Positions 8,790 through 17,910 are shown, numbered from the stretch's first letter. The stretch is DNA of 39,784 bases from a virus (IMGVR_UViG_3300037462_000136:1-39784); one strand, 5' to 3'. Notes: generated from the sequence alone by a model not told the origin. A program made the numbers and translations.

Positions 8790-11038
8790 TAATCGAACTC
8801 CACCCGTTCGGCGCGTCCGTCAGCGCCGCGCACAATGCGCCTGGGCCGCTGCGCGGAAGTCGCCATGTCGCGCATGGCCGCCACGGCTTCCGCCATCGCC
8901 TGCGCCGCTGTCTCCATCGCCGCCGCGCCGCGCTCCTGCGACTGCGCCGCGACCGTCTGCGCCTCGGCAAACATCGCCTCTGCGCCCTCGCCCAACGTCA
9001 GCCCGACAGCCGGCGCGCTGCGCGCCTTCGCCTCGCCGTCAATCCGCATGCGGTCGCGCTGGTCTTCCAGTTCCATCGCGCGCGCAGACCGCACGCTTTC
9101 CGTCTGAAGTCGCATCATTTCGCGCTCAGTCTCGGCTTCCTGCTTGATACGCTCGATTTCCTGCGCGTTCTGCACCTTCAGCGCCTCAATCTCGCGCTGG
9201 GCCGCAAGTTCCATTTCCTTGGCCTGCATCTGCGCCTGCAACTTGGCCTGTTCGGCCTGCGCTTCGGCCTGCGCCTGAGCCTGCGCGGCGGCGGCCGGAT
9301 CAGCCTGCGGCGGCGCTTGCTGCTCGCCAAGCGCCTCAATCGCTTCCTCGGCGTCGCGCCCCAACTTGAACACCTGCGCGAACGACTTAAGCAGCGCGCT
9401 GGCCTTGTCCATCGGCATAAAGCCACCCTGAACCGCCGGCCCAATGGACTGCACGAAGGCGCCGAAGCCCTGGACAAACTGCGAAATGTTCTGCTGCTGG
9501 CCAGTCAGATCGGCGCGGATGGTGCTGTCAGTCTCGATATCAACGCGGTAGTCGCGCAACGCCTGGTCGCGCAGGAACTGGATCACAACCTCTTGCGTCA
9601 CGCCGCCATTCGGCGCCGGCCGCCCCTGCTGAGCCGCCATCGCCACGTCGTTCTGCGTCGGAAGTTGGATCGCAGCCATAGAAAAGATCGTCGCGGGCTG
9701 GAACTTCTCCGCGATAATCTCAGCCATCATGCGCAAGAGGTCGCGCGCGAACCGCTGCACGTCGCGCTGCAACTTCTGAACCCGCAGGCTGCCCCACTGC
9801 GCCTTGATCTGCTGCGCGGTGGCCGTCTCGGACGCCATCGAAGCGCCGCGAACAATGTCGCTGATGCCCGTGATTTCGTAGATCGCCTGCTTGGTCTGCT
9901 CGCGCGCCTGGTAGAGTTGCACAAGCGTCGCAACCAACTGCTCGATCGGCTGGAACCAGAACGCCTTGTCCAGCCCGCCGTTCTGCGCCGCAGTCGGGTT
10001 TTCAACCGGCAGGATCGCGCCGTCCTCGGCGTCTTCAAACCGCGAGAGGAAGTCGCCAATCGCGGGGTCGAGATACGCCCCGCGCCACCGTAGCGCCTTC
10101 ACCAGCGCGGCAATGCGGCGCGAGATTTCCTCCAGGTCCTCGGCGAGGCCCTGATAGGCATTGTAAGGCGCCACCGGGACGAGATTGCCCGGCGTTTCGA
10201 TGCCATAGAGCGGCTTCGGCACCGGGAAGAAGCCCGATAGCCCCAACGGGTCTTCCGCTTTGAAGATCGGGGCTTCTTTGTAGCCGGTCGCGATGAACAG
10301 AACCTCGCGCCGTTCCTTGTCCCAAATCTCCCAAACACGGGCGCGCTTGAACATCTCAGGCGGCGGCGAGCCGTCGTCCCGCTTGCGTTCGTCAACCGTG
10401 CAGTCGAGGTTGACCTTGCCGCCAAGGCGCGGCGACAGGCGCAGCAACTCTTCCCGCGTCAGGAAGTGTTCGAACGCGACCCAAGGCACATCGTCCCAGA
10501 ACCGCGCCGGGCCGCGACGAAACCGCCGCCAATCCACCGGCTCGCACGACACACTCTCAGACAGCAGCGCGCCATCCTCGCCGAGGACCGGCTCATAACG
10601 CAGCCGCGCCACGCCGCGACCGGGCAGCAGCGTGTCCTTGACCGCCGCCTCTAGCTTGCTGTCGAGATCGTAGCGGTCGATCGAATAGGACAGGCAGCGT
10701 TCCAGCACCTGCGACGCCACACGCCCGACCGGATCGTTGTCGCGGAAGCGGCGGCGCACGTCCGGGATCGGCGGCGAATTGTAAATGGCCGGCGCCGTCG
10801 TCTCGACGTTGGAATACAGAATGTTGAACTTGCGACGCCGCGCGCGGTCAACCTGGCGGTCGTCGTCGCCATCGTCCCGGTAGAGCCGGATGATTTCCGC
10901 ACCGCGCTCGCGCCAATGCTTTTCCTCGCGGTCGGCGAGCGAAATCGCATCAAGCCAAAGCGAGACAAGCGCGGCTTCGCCCTTGCCCGCGTCCTCGCGG
11001 GTTTCGAGCGTGCCAGCGGTGCCGGTTGTTTCGGACAT
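8789..11038 (-). CDS. Portal protein (P22-like, long C-terminal coiled-coil barrel)
   Basis: 749 aa after terL; FNILYSN, IYEITGISDIVRG, ETATAQQIK, YRVDIETDST motifs; Q/A/E-rich tail. Confidence 0.9.
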   Translation of the reverse strand: MSETTGTAGTLETREDAGKGEAALVSLWLDAISLADREEKHWRERGAEIIRLYRDDGDDDRQVDRARRRKFNILYSNVETTAPAIYNSPPIPDVRRRFRDNDPVGRVASQVLERCLSYSIDRYDLDSKLEAAVKDTLLPGRGVARLRYEPVLGEDGALLSESVSCEPVDWRRFRRGPARFWDDVPWVAFEHFLTREELLRLSPRLGGKVNLDCTVDERKRDDGSPPPEMFKRARVWEIWDKERREVLFIATGYKEAPIFKAEDPLGLSGFFPVPKPLYGIETPGNLVPVAPYNAYQGLAEDLEEISRRIAALVKALRWRGAYLDPAIGDFLSRFEDAEDGAILPVENPTAAQNGGLDKAFWFQPIEQLVATLVQLYQAREQTKQAIYEITGISDIVRGASMASETATAQQIKAQWGSLRVQKLQRDVQRFARDLLRMMAEIIAEKFQPATIFSMAAIQLPTQNDVAMAAQQGRPAPNGGVTQEVVIQFLRDQALRDYRVDIETDSTIRADLTGQQQNISQFVQGFGAFVQSIGPAVQGGFMPMDKASALLKSFAQVFKLGRDAEEAIEALGEQQAPPQADPAAAAQAQAQAEAQAEQAKLQAQMQAKEMELAAQREIEALKVQNAQEIERIKQEAETEREMMRLQTESVRSARAMELEDQRDRMRIDGEAKARSAPAVGLTLGEGAEAMFAEAQTVAAQSQERGAAAMETAAQAMAEAVAAMRDMATSAQRPRRIVRGADGRAERVEFD

Positions 11039-11353
11039 TTACCGCTGGACGTATGCCGGCGTGAACACAACCGCAGTCGGACCAGCCGCCGAGCCGATCG
11101 CCGCCACATGCGTCACGATGCCGCCTTGCGGGATTTCGATCAGCAGAACCCCCATCGGCGGGATGGCAAGCGCGGCAATCGTCGCGGTCGGCGCGCTGCC
11201 AACGCCGAACGCCACGCCGACATGCAGCGTGGCGGACGTGTTGACGATGTAGAGCGCATTGGCGAGCGCCGGGACCGTGATGGTGCCCGACACGCTGGAA
11301 GCGGTCGCGGACACGCTCACGCCGCCGCTGAGCGGAGAGAATGCAGGAACCAT
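11039..11353 (-). CDS. Hypothetical protein between terL and portal
   Basis: 104 aa, RBS GAGGGG, abuts portal start. Confidence 0.6.
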   Translation of the reverse strand: MVPAFSPLSGGVSVSATASSVSGTITVPALANALYIVNTSATLHVGVAFGVGSAPTATIAALAIPPMGVLLIEIPQGGIVTHVAAIGSAAGPTAVVFTPAYVQR

Positions 11354-11365
11354 GTTCGGAACCCC

Positions 11366-12823
11366 TCAGATCGCGCGGCGGCGCTTTTCAGCCCGGCGGA
11401 TCAACTCTTGGATAGACACGCCGAGATTGACCCCGGCATCAGGCGCCGGGGCGCCATAATCGAAGCGCGGCAGCGCGGGCTTGCTAACCTCGCGCACATA
11501 CGGTCGCGCCATGCAGGCATACCGCAGCGTATCGGCCGCGTGATCCTCGCCCTCGGTATCCACATCCTCGGGCCGGTGCTGGTCGTGTTGCAGCGCCGGC
11601 AGCGTCCGGATCAGATGGACACACGTCGAGAACACGAACAGGCCAGGCTTGCCGTCGTCGCCCTTCAGCCGGGCGCGAACCTGATCCCAGCCGCCCTGTG
11701 CGCCATGCCGCGCGACGCGGGCGTTGTCGGCGCGGTTCCAGACAACCTGCGCGCTGGTAATCATGCGTTCGGCGATCGAAGGCCCGCCGTCCGCCGTGAA
11801 GATGGCCGGATCAGCGACGCCAGACATGCGCCGCGACGCTGGCAACGGGTCGCGCGCCTCGCGGTCCGCAATGCCGCGCGCGACCTCTTCCGCCGTCAGG
11901 CGCAGCCCAACGTTCGGCTCGCCCGTTGACCCATACCACTCGCGATAGACAACCAGGGCGCCGCGCGGAAACTGCGGCAAAGTGCCGTCAGACACGGCGA
12001 CCCAGAGAACGCAGAACGGCCGCGCGCTGCCCCAATCCATGGCGCGATACCGCGCCCAATGCTCGGGCAACTCTTGCGGCGGGACGACGTGCTGCGGCCC
12101 CCACTCGGGGAAATAGGCGCCCGCGATGATGGACCAATCGCCCTCAAGCCACGCTTTGACCAGTTCAGGCGAACCCGACGCCTTGATCTGCGTAACGTAA
12201 GCGTCGCCGAGATAGCGGTTATCGCCGACGCGCGACGGGATATAGATACGTTGCAGGCCGCTAGTTTCGTCTTCGATCACCCGCCAGCCAAGCGGCGCGG
12301 GGTCGATATAGCGCGCCTTGACCCACTGGTGACCGGGACCGCCGGGGTTGCCAGTCAGCCGCATCTTGCACGGGACTCCAGCGCCCGAGCGCAGCGTCGC
12401 GTGCAGCTTGAGGATCGGCGCGGGCGACGGGAAGTTGCCCGCCTCTTCGACATAGACCCGCGTGTAGTTGTGGCCCTGATAGCCCTCGGCGTCGCTGTCG
12501 CGTTCAAGGTAAGCGAACGTCAGGCGCGCGCTGTTGGCCATGACGCAGCGCATCGGCGCCGTGGTGAACTTGGCGCCTAGCGGCGTGTAGAGGCGCTTGG
12601 CGCGCTCGAAAGTCTCGCCGAGTTCCACGCGGGACCGGCGCACCATGAGGCCGATGGCGTCAGGCCCGTATTCGTCCGAATGGATGGCCCATTCGCCGAG
12701 AACGGCATCGGTTTTCCCGCCGCCTCGGGCGCCGCCAAAGAACACTTCGTAAACAGGGCATGTAACGAAAGCGGATTGCGGTCCAGGCTGCGGAGCCCAT
12801 ACCGTTACCGCGTCACTCGTCAT
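11366..12823 (-). CDS. terL: Terminase large subunit
   Basis: Walker A GGARGGGKT, Walker B VYVEEAG, coupling TGNP, nuclease AMDWG and DHAADTLRY; start placed at MTSDAV (12823) overlapping terS stop. Confidence 0.95.
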   Translation of the reverse strand: MTSDAVTVWAPQPGPQSAFVTCPVYEVFFGGARGGGKTDAVLGEWAIHSDEYGPDAIGLMVRRSRVELGETFERAKRLYTPLGAKFTTAPMRCVMANSARLTFAYLERDSDAEGYQGHNYTRVYVEEAGNFPSPAPILKLHATLRSGAGVPCKMRLTGNPGGPGHQWVKARYIDPAPLGWRVIEDETSGLQRIYIPSRVGDNRYLGDAYVTQIKASGSPELVKAWLEGDWSIIAGAYFPEWGPQHVVPPQELPEHWARYRAMDWGSARPFCVLWVAVSDGTLPQFPRGALVVYREWYGSTGEPNVGLRLTAEEVARGIADREARDPLPASRRMSGVADPAIFTADGGPSIAERMITSAQVVWNRADNARVARHGAQGGWDQVRARLKGDDGKPGLFVFSTCVHLIRTLPALQHDQHRPEDVDTEGEDHAADTLRYACMARPYVREVSKPALPRFDYGAPAPDAGVNLGVSIQELIRRAEKRRRAI

Positions 12824-13214
12824 TGCCTCGCGGCGCATAGGTTGCCGCCCATTCCGCGACGCTTTCGGGCGCCGCCGGGGCGCGGATGACATGCGACGCC
12901 ACCTTAGCGTCAACGTCGATCTTCTGCGCCGCCTTGCCGTCGATCCGATCGGCGAACTTGTCGGCGGCAGAGACGCGGGCGGCGTCAACCTCGGAGGTCG
13001 TCATCACTTCAACCAGCGTGCCGAGGTAGAGTTCGCGCGCCCGCGCCTTGGCTTCCTGATTCTTCGGATCAAAGGCGAGGCTGCGGATCATCGCGGCGTG
13101 CTCGCCCGGTAGGAAGCGGCTGGTTGACTCGCCCTTGGCGTCGCCGCCCCAGCCCGGGCCCATGGTCCCGCGTCCCTTGCGGGGGTGGTTAGGATCGCCT
13201 TTCTTCCAGGGCAT
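12813..13214 (-). CDS. terS: Terminase small subunit
   Basis: Upstream of terL; MPWKKG..P.GR start, ARVSAADKFADRIDGKAAQ helix typical of small terminases. Confidence 0.75.
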   Translation of the reverse strand: MPWKKGDPNHPRKGRGTMGPGWGGDAKGESTSRFLPGEHAAMIRSLAFDPKNQEAKARARELYLGTLVEVMTTSEVDAARVSAADKFADRIDGKAAQKIDVDAKVASHVIRAPAAPESVAEWAATYAPRGNDE

Positions 13215-13268
13215 TCAGCACTTACGGCCGCCCTTGCCGCCCTTCTTGCCGCCCTTGCCGTAGCCCAT
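13215..13268 (-). CDS. 17-aa Gly/Lys micropeptide MGYGKGGKKGGKGGRKC
   Basis: RBS GAGG 6 nt upstream; TGA directly abuts terS ATG; GC-typical codons; below ORF-track cutoff. Confidence 0.55.
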   Translation of the reverse strand: MGYGKGGKKGGKGGRKC

Positions 13269-13280
13269 GCGAAACCTCGC

Positions 13281-13309
13281 AAAAGAAAGCCCGACCGCGA
13301 GGCCGGGCT
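13281..13309 (-). terminator. Terminator in late leader (tR'-like)
   Basis: AGCCCGGCC-TCGC-GGTCGGGCT followed by TTCTTTT on minus strand. Confidence 0.75.
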
Positions 13310-13369
13310 GAGTTTGGGAGTGAGGAAGTAGCCAAGTCAGCGCCCCGGCGCAATTCCGGGGGCTATGAT

Positions 13370-13398
13370 GGGCTACAAGAAAATTTCCGGCGCGTCAA
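13370..13398 (-). promoter_or_regulatory. Putative late promoter
   Basis: TTGACG-17 nt-TAGCCC; -10 lacks the final T, as is common in alphaproteobacterial promoters. Confidence 0.5.
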
Positions 13399-13412
13399 GC
13401 GTTTTGCCGCAA

Positions 13413-13868
13413 CTAATAGCCCAACCACTCGGCCATCAGCCTTAGCCCATCCCGCGCCTCGGCCTCCATCCGCCCGTCGCCGTCCACGACCAGCCGCAAT
13501 ACCGCCTCTTCGCGCCTGCGCCCCACGACCTGGCGCAACTCGCGCAGCAACCGCGCCGCGTCGAGATGCGCCTCGGGCACACTGCCGCCCATGCGCATGG
13601 TGCGACCGGGCGACCGCTCGCCCCCGCCGGCCATGATCGTCTTGGCGGCGTTCTCGATCTGCTCAGCCGCGATCTGCTCCGGGCGCGGGAGCGGCGGGCG
13701 CATGTGTTCCCAGGCCACATAGGCCCGCGCAGCCCGTAGGAGCGGCGCAGACGGCTTTTCTGGGTCGGCCCGGTATCCCAGCACCGCCGTGCCGTTCTCA
13801 AGCCTCACGCGCGGCCCGTAGTCGCCGCGCGGCTGGTCGCGCTTGGGCTGCTTGCGGGCGGCGGTCAT
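13413..13868 (-). CDS. Putative late-gene regulator (Q position)
   Basis: Last early gene before late promoter/terminator; C-terminal ARDGLRLMAEWLG helix; start MTAARKQ coupled by ATGA; call is positional. Confidence 0.5.
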   Translation of the reverse strand: MTAARKQPKRDQPRGDYGPRVRLENGTAVLGYRADPEKPSAPLLRAARAYVAWEHMRPPLPRPEQIAAEQIENAAKTIMAGGGERSPGRTMRMGGSVPEAHLDAARLLRELRQVVGRRREEAVLRLVVDGDGRMEAEARDGLRLMAEWLGY

Positions 13869-14041
13869 TGGGCGACCTTCCAAGTGCCGTCACGACGTTG
13901 CGTTGCTCCGAGCGCAAGCCCCGCCAATCCCTGCGGCCCGTCAGTCCAGCGGCGCCAACGAGTCAACCGCTTGGCTTTGCGCCAATCCATCTCAACGCCA
14001 TCGACAAGGCGGCGCCCCCGCTGCTTGCGGGCGGCGGTCAT
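13865..14041 (-). CDS. Hypothetical basic protein (MTAARKQRG...)
   Basis: ATGA-coupled on both sides. Confidence 0.55.
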   Translation of the reverse strand: MTAARKQRGRRLVDGVEMDWRKAKRLTRWRRWTDGPQGLAGLALGATQRRDGTWKVAQ

Positions 14042-14157
14042 GCGCGCCCCGTTAAAATGGCAATAGTGCCGGCGATCATCAGCGCCATAATGCACGCGCA
14101 AAGCACGGCAACCATTACGCTCATTGCCCGCATGACGAGCCGCTCAGCCCAATCCAT
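14038..14157 (-). CDS. Small membrane protein (39 aa)
   Basis: MDWAERLVMRAMSVMVAVLCACIMALMIAGTIAILTGRA, single hydrophobic stretch, ATGA-coupled. Confidence 0.45.
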   Translation of the reverse strand: MDWAERLVMRAMSVMVAVLCACIMALMIAGTIAILTGRA

Positions 14158-14264
14158 GCCACCATTCCCCCTTGCTTGATGTGGTATCCGGATACCGCGC
14201 GCGCGTTGTTTCCGGCTGGATACAGCGCGGCGAACAAAATCCGCGTGCGTCACGAATTTTCCTG

Positions 14265-14300
14265 TTGACTGCCGGGGCTGAGTCCCTCATAAATAGGGAC
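14265..14300 (+). promoter_or_regulatory. Moron promoter with overlapping inverted repeats
   Basis: TTGACT at 14265, AT-rich CATAAAT at 14288; GTCCCT-7-AGGGAC inverted repeat over the -10. Confidence 0.5.
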
Positions 14301-14344
14301 ATGGCGAGGGCGATCCTGCCCAGCCAGATTGAGGGATTGCCCCG

Positions 14345-14521
14345 ATGGCTGAATTTCAAGTTGAATGGAGCATTCTCGGCGGGTGGATGGCCCGCGACAT
14401 GCGCGGCAACGCCCTCCGCCATCCGGCGCTGGCGCATGGCGCTTTGCCGCCGCGTTTCAAGACCATCGCCAAGGCAGAGGCATACGGGCGCAAGGTTTTC
14501 CGCGCCATGGCCCGCGCATGA
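14345..14521 (+). CDS. 58-aa hypothetical protein (MAEFQVEWSILGGW...)
   Basis: RBS GAGGGA; ATGA overlap with HTH gene; absent from ORF track. Confidence 0.6.
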   Translation: MAEFQVEWSILGGWMARDMRGNALRHPALAHGALPPRFKTIAKAEAYGRKVFRAMARA

Positions 14522-14712
14522 CCCCCGCCCGCCTCCTAGCCTGCCTCGCCCTGCTGCGCTGGTCGCAGCGGGGCTTGGCCGCTGCCATCGACTATGACGA
14601 CCGCCTTGTTCGTCGCTGGGTCGCGGGCGAACGCGCCATTCCGCAGCATGTCGCGGAATGGCTAGAACGCGCGGCAGCGTGGCACGCCGAGAACCCGCCG
14701 CCGCGCTCATGA
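14518..14712 (+). CDS. XRE-like HTH protein (64 aa)
   Basis: LRWSQRGLAAAIDYDDRLVRRWVAGERAIP is an XRE HTH signature. Confidence 0.75.
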   Translation: MTPARLLACLALLRWSQRGLAAAIDYDDRLVRRWVAGERAIPQHVAEWLERAAAWHAENPPPRS

Positions 14713-14832
14713 CCACCATCCAAGGCGCGCGGGTTCGATAGGCGCCTCGCCCCCGTCTGCTTCTTCCCATTCCGCCTCGCGCAGCGCGGCGAAGGCTTCG
14801 GCGGCAAAGCGTTCCAGCGCGGCGGCTAGCAT
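14707..14832 (-). CDS. Small hypothetical protein (41 aa)
   Basis: ATG overlaps upstream stop, RBS AAGGA. Confidence 0.35.
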   Translation of the reverse strand: MLAAALERFAAEAFAALREAEWEEADGGEAPIEPARLGWWS

Positions 14833-15107
14833 CCGTATTCCTTGCGAAGCCGCCGATCGATCGCGCGGGCTTCCAGCAAGGCTGCGACGCGCGGGCCGAT
14901 CTGCGCGCGCGGATGCGGCGTCCAGTCGGCAAAGCGCAACGCCGGTTCTTCGGTCACACGCAAAAGCGCGGCGCGGTGAAGCGAGCGAATTTCGAGGGAC
15001 GGTTTGCCGCCATACCGGACGGTAACGGGCTGATCGGGTTCGCCGCCCTCGACCAGCGCGCGAAGGGCGGCAAACACGTCTGCGCCGCGCTCAAGGTCTA
15101 GAACCAT
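14826..15107 (-). CDS. Hypothetical phage protein
   Basis: RBS AGAGG before MVLDLE. Confidence 0.6.
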   Translation of the reverse strand: MVLDLERGADVFAALRALVEGGEPDQPVTVRYGGKPSLEIRSLHRAALLRVTEEPALRFADWTPHPRAQIGPRVAALLEARAIDRRLRKEYGC

Positions 15108-15160
15108 GTTTCTTCCTCTCTGTGCGGGTTCAAATTCGGCGTTTCGGCGCCGGGCGCTGG

Positions 15161-15499
15161 TCAGGTCCACCACTCATCCTGATCCTTGTTTGCCGGGCTT
15201 GCGGGCGCCGCTGGCGGGGGCGCGCCGTAGACCGCCTCATGAGCCAGCCTGAGCAGCGCATCGGCTCTGGCGGCGCTTGGTTCGGCCGCGAGAGCCTCGC
15301 CGGCTTCGCGCATCTTGGCGCGGAGGTCTGGCGGGATCGGGATGGGCTCGATGGCGCCGAGGTAGAGGCTGGGCGGCATGCCCGAGACAGCGGACCACGC
15401 CGCCGCGTCGGCTTGCCGCTGCCAGGCGTCGTGGCCGACCTGCGGCTCCAGGGAACGCCATGCCGTCTGCGTGTGCTTGGGGCGGCGAGGCTTAGGCAT
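15161..15499 (-). CDS. Hypothetical protein
   Basis: Start MPKPRR chosen; longer ORF runs through the iteron region with atypical composition. Confidence 0.55.
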   Translation of the reverse strand: MPKPRRPKHTQTAWRSLEPQVGHDAWQRQADAAAWSAVSGMPPSLYLGAIEPIPIPPDLRAKMREAGEALAAEPSAARADALLRLAHEAVYGAPPPAAPASPANKDQDEWWT

Positions 15500-15544
15500 G
15501 GTCGCCGCCTTTCCCGTCCGTCTTTTTTCTTGGACAAAGCCCGC

Positions 15545-15695
15545 GGGAATTTGCAGCACCGTTCTGCGCAGACAAATCCGATGCAAATCGGATTGTCTGT
15601 GCAAACGTGCAAATCCCCTTGTGGTTCGGACCGATTTGCACGTGCAGATCGAGTGCAAATCCAAGGCCTCTTTGTGCAGATCGAGCGCAAACCAT
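15545..15695. repeat. Iteron-like cluster, probable replication origin
   Basis: Repeated GTGCA(A/G)ATC units in both orientations, including GTGCAGATCGAG(T/C)GCAAA twice; lower GC; directly downstream of primase-helicase. Confidence 0.6.
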
Positions 15696-15699
15696 TCGC

Positions 15700-17910
15700 T
15701 CAAGCCTCCCGTCTCATTTCTGAGAGTTTCGCGGGATCAACCACGAAGCCGGACCGCTTTCGGTTGCTGTTCGGGCTGGCGCAGCCGGGCTGTTCGGACA
15801 CCACGCCCTGAGCCAGCCAAGCGCCGAGCATCGCGGTTGCTTGGCCCTTGGAGAGGTTGAACGGCTCTTGTTCCAGCGCCGCGAACAGTTCCGCCCGTGC
15901 CGGACCCTGCGCCCCAAAGGGGCACCCGTTGACGCCGCGTTGCAGCCTTTCGAGGATCGCCACGCATGTGGCCATGCTGATCCCGTCAAAGGCGGAGGGC
16001 GGCGACCACGGCAGGGCCGCCGCGACCGTCTCGCCGTTGGCGATCTCGTATCCGGTCAGGCGCCACCATTCGGCCTCGCCGGCCGGGGCGTAATTGGACT
16101 TCGCGCCGTCGATGCGGAAATGGCGGCGGCGCTGGTCGGGCGGGATGTTGAACTTCTCGGCCTCTTGCTCGCTCATGGTGGTGAGCGTCAGCATCACGCG
16201 AACGGCGCCACTGATGGCCGAGGCGCCCCGCACCCGGTCCATGTCGCCGGGCGCGTTGTTGCCCTTGCGGTCGTGGTGCAGCAGCAGGACCGCGATGTTC
16301 AGCCGCTTGGCCAGCGACCGGAACGCCGCGACCACGGCGCGCATGGCCGTGTTGTCGTTTTCCTCGGCGTTGTGGAGTTCTGCGACCGGATCGCAGATCA
16401 GCACATCGGCGCCTGAGTTGATGACGATCTCTTCCAAGGCCGCCATGGCTGCCGTGACCGTGATGCGGCCGGATGTTGGGTCGCGTTCGAAAAGCGTCCC
16501 CACGTCATGCGGGCCGCACCGGATCACCCGCTTGCGGATATCCTCGCCGCGCTTTCCTTGGGCTTGCAGGGCCGCGCTGTAGCGGCGGCGCTGCTCGTCC
16601 TGGTCGTCCTCGGTGTTGTAGTTGACCACCACCATGGGCTCGACGGGCGCGAAGGCCCCGAGGGCTTCGCCGGTCGCGCAGCTAATGGTGATGCCGACCA
16701 CCAGCGACGACTTGCCGCCCGCGCCCTGCCCCGAGAGCAGGGAGACGGAGCCGCGCATTAAGTAACCTGGCACACACCAAGGGCGGCGCGGGATGGCTAC
16801 AGTGAGCGGGTCGCTATCGTCCAGCCAAAGCGGAGATTGCTTGTGTTCCTCGCCCCCTGGGGCCGCCGCATCCCCCTCGCCCGCCTCAGCGCCCCCCGCG
16901 CTGCTTGGCGGGGCTGCAGCGGCCCCGGAAAACATCTTGAGAGACGACAGTCCGCCTTCCGGGCGTTCGGGCACGGCGCGGGGCGCGGCCTTGCCGTCCT
17001 CGAAAGCGACGCGCAGCGTCTTGGTCGCGTGGTCGAAGTCCCCGCACCGATGGCGGATGGCGTTCAGGGCTGCCGACAGCGCGGCGGCGGCGTGGCCTTC
17101 GTTGATCTGCCCGGCGGTCACAAGGCCGCCGATGGAATAGGCCGCCTTGTTCAGGGCGTGGTGCTTGCCGCCGTCCGGGGCGTTGACGATGGCTTGGCAC
17201 TCGCTTTCGAGCGCGCGCAGCCCGTAGGGCGTGCCGTCGCCCGCCGGCATGGTGAAGGGCGTAGCCGGCGCGGTCGGCGTCTTTGGCTTGACGGGCTTGC
17301 CGATGGCTGTCGCGGCGAGTTCGTGCGCTTGGTCGATGGGGCGCCCGTCCAAGGCGATGACTTCGTGATGTGTGCCCGGCTCGACCGCGCCGACGTAGTA
17401 GGATTGGGAGAGCGCCCAACTTTCGTTGGACAGCGCGCCGACGAATAGGCCGTTAACGCGGGCGAGCAGGCCGGCGCGTTCGCTCGGCGGGAGAGGCCCA
17501 GAGGTCGGGCATAGGATGCGCCAGCGCGGCGTTGCTGGGGTATGGCTCGGGCTGGTGTAGAGGATGGCGGCAATGTTGGCTTGCGCGACGATCTGGCGCG
17601 CGCGCTCTAGCGTGATTTGTTCGCCGTCGTAGTCACCTTCAACGCCATAGATAGAGAGCATGTTGTCATCGTGGCGCAGGCTGCCGCGCCCGGTCGCCTG
17701 GTCGCCGAACGTCGCCAGCTTTACCCAGGGCAAAGCCGCCTTTGATGTGGCGCGCGTATCGCGCAACCAGGGCACCATGGCACGAAGCGTGCTTTCTTCC
17801 TGCCGCTTGTGCTTCGCGAACTCGTCGCGAAACTTCGTGAACAGCATCGGGATATCCAGCCCGGAGGGCGGCGCTTGGCGCGGCGCTATGTGATCGAAGT
17901 TCAGGCTCAT
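15700..17910 (-). CDS. Primase-helicase (prim-pol-like N-terminus, AAA_25/RepA-type helicase)
   Basis: GDYD and YTSPSH...RWRI prim-pol-like motifs; Walker A GQGAGGKS, LICDP, LLHHDRK, RGASA, AKSNYAP. Confidence 0.85.
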   Translation of the reverse strand: MSLNFDHIAPRQAPPSGLDIPMLFTKFRDEFAKHKRQEESTLRAMVPWLRDTRATSKAALPWVKLATFGDQATGRGSLRHDDNMLSIYGVEGDYDGEQITLERARQIVAQANIAAILYTSPSHTPATPRWRILCPTSGPLPPSERAGLLARVNGLFVGALSNESWALSQSYYVGAVEPGTHHEVIALDGRPIDQAHELAATAIGKPVKPKTPTAPATPFTMPAGDGTPYGLRALESECQAIVNAPDGGKHHALNKAAYSIGGLVTAGQINEGHAAAALSAALNAIRHRCGDFDHATKTLRVAFEDGKAAPRAVPERPEGGLSSLKMFSGAAAAPPSSAGGAEAGEGDAAAPGGEEHKQSPLWLDDSDPLTVAIPRRPWCVPGYLMRGSVSLLSGQGAGGKSSLVVGITISCATGEALGAFAPVEPMVVVNYNTEDDQDEQRRRYSAALQAQGKRGEDIRKRVIRCGPHDVGTLFERDPTSGRITVTAAMAALEEIVINSGADVLICDPVAELHNAEENDNTAMRAVVAAFRSLAKRLNIAVLLLHHDRKGNNAPGDMDRVRGASAISGAVRVMLTLTTMSEQEAEKFNIPPDQRRRHFRIDGAKSNYAPAGEAEWWRLTGYEIANGETVAAALPWSPPSAFDGISMATCVAILERLQRGVNGCPFGAQGPARAELFAALEQEPFNLSKGQATAMLGAWLAQGVVSEQPGCASPNSNRKRSGFVVDPAKLSEMRREA

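Noticed and set aside
12824-12988. N-terminal extension of terL in the ORF track
   Set aside because: Overlaps terS; low-complexity; a coupled ATG exists at 12823
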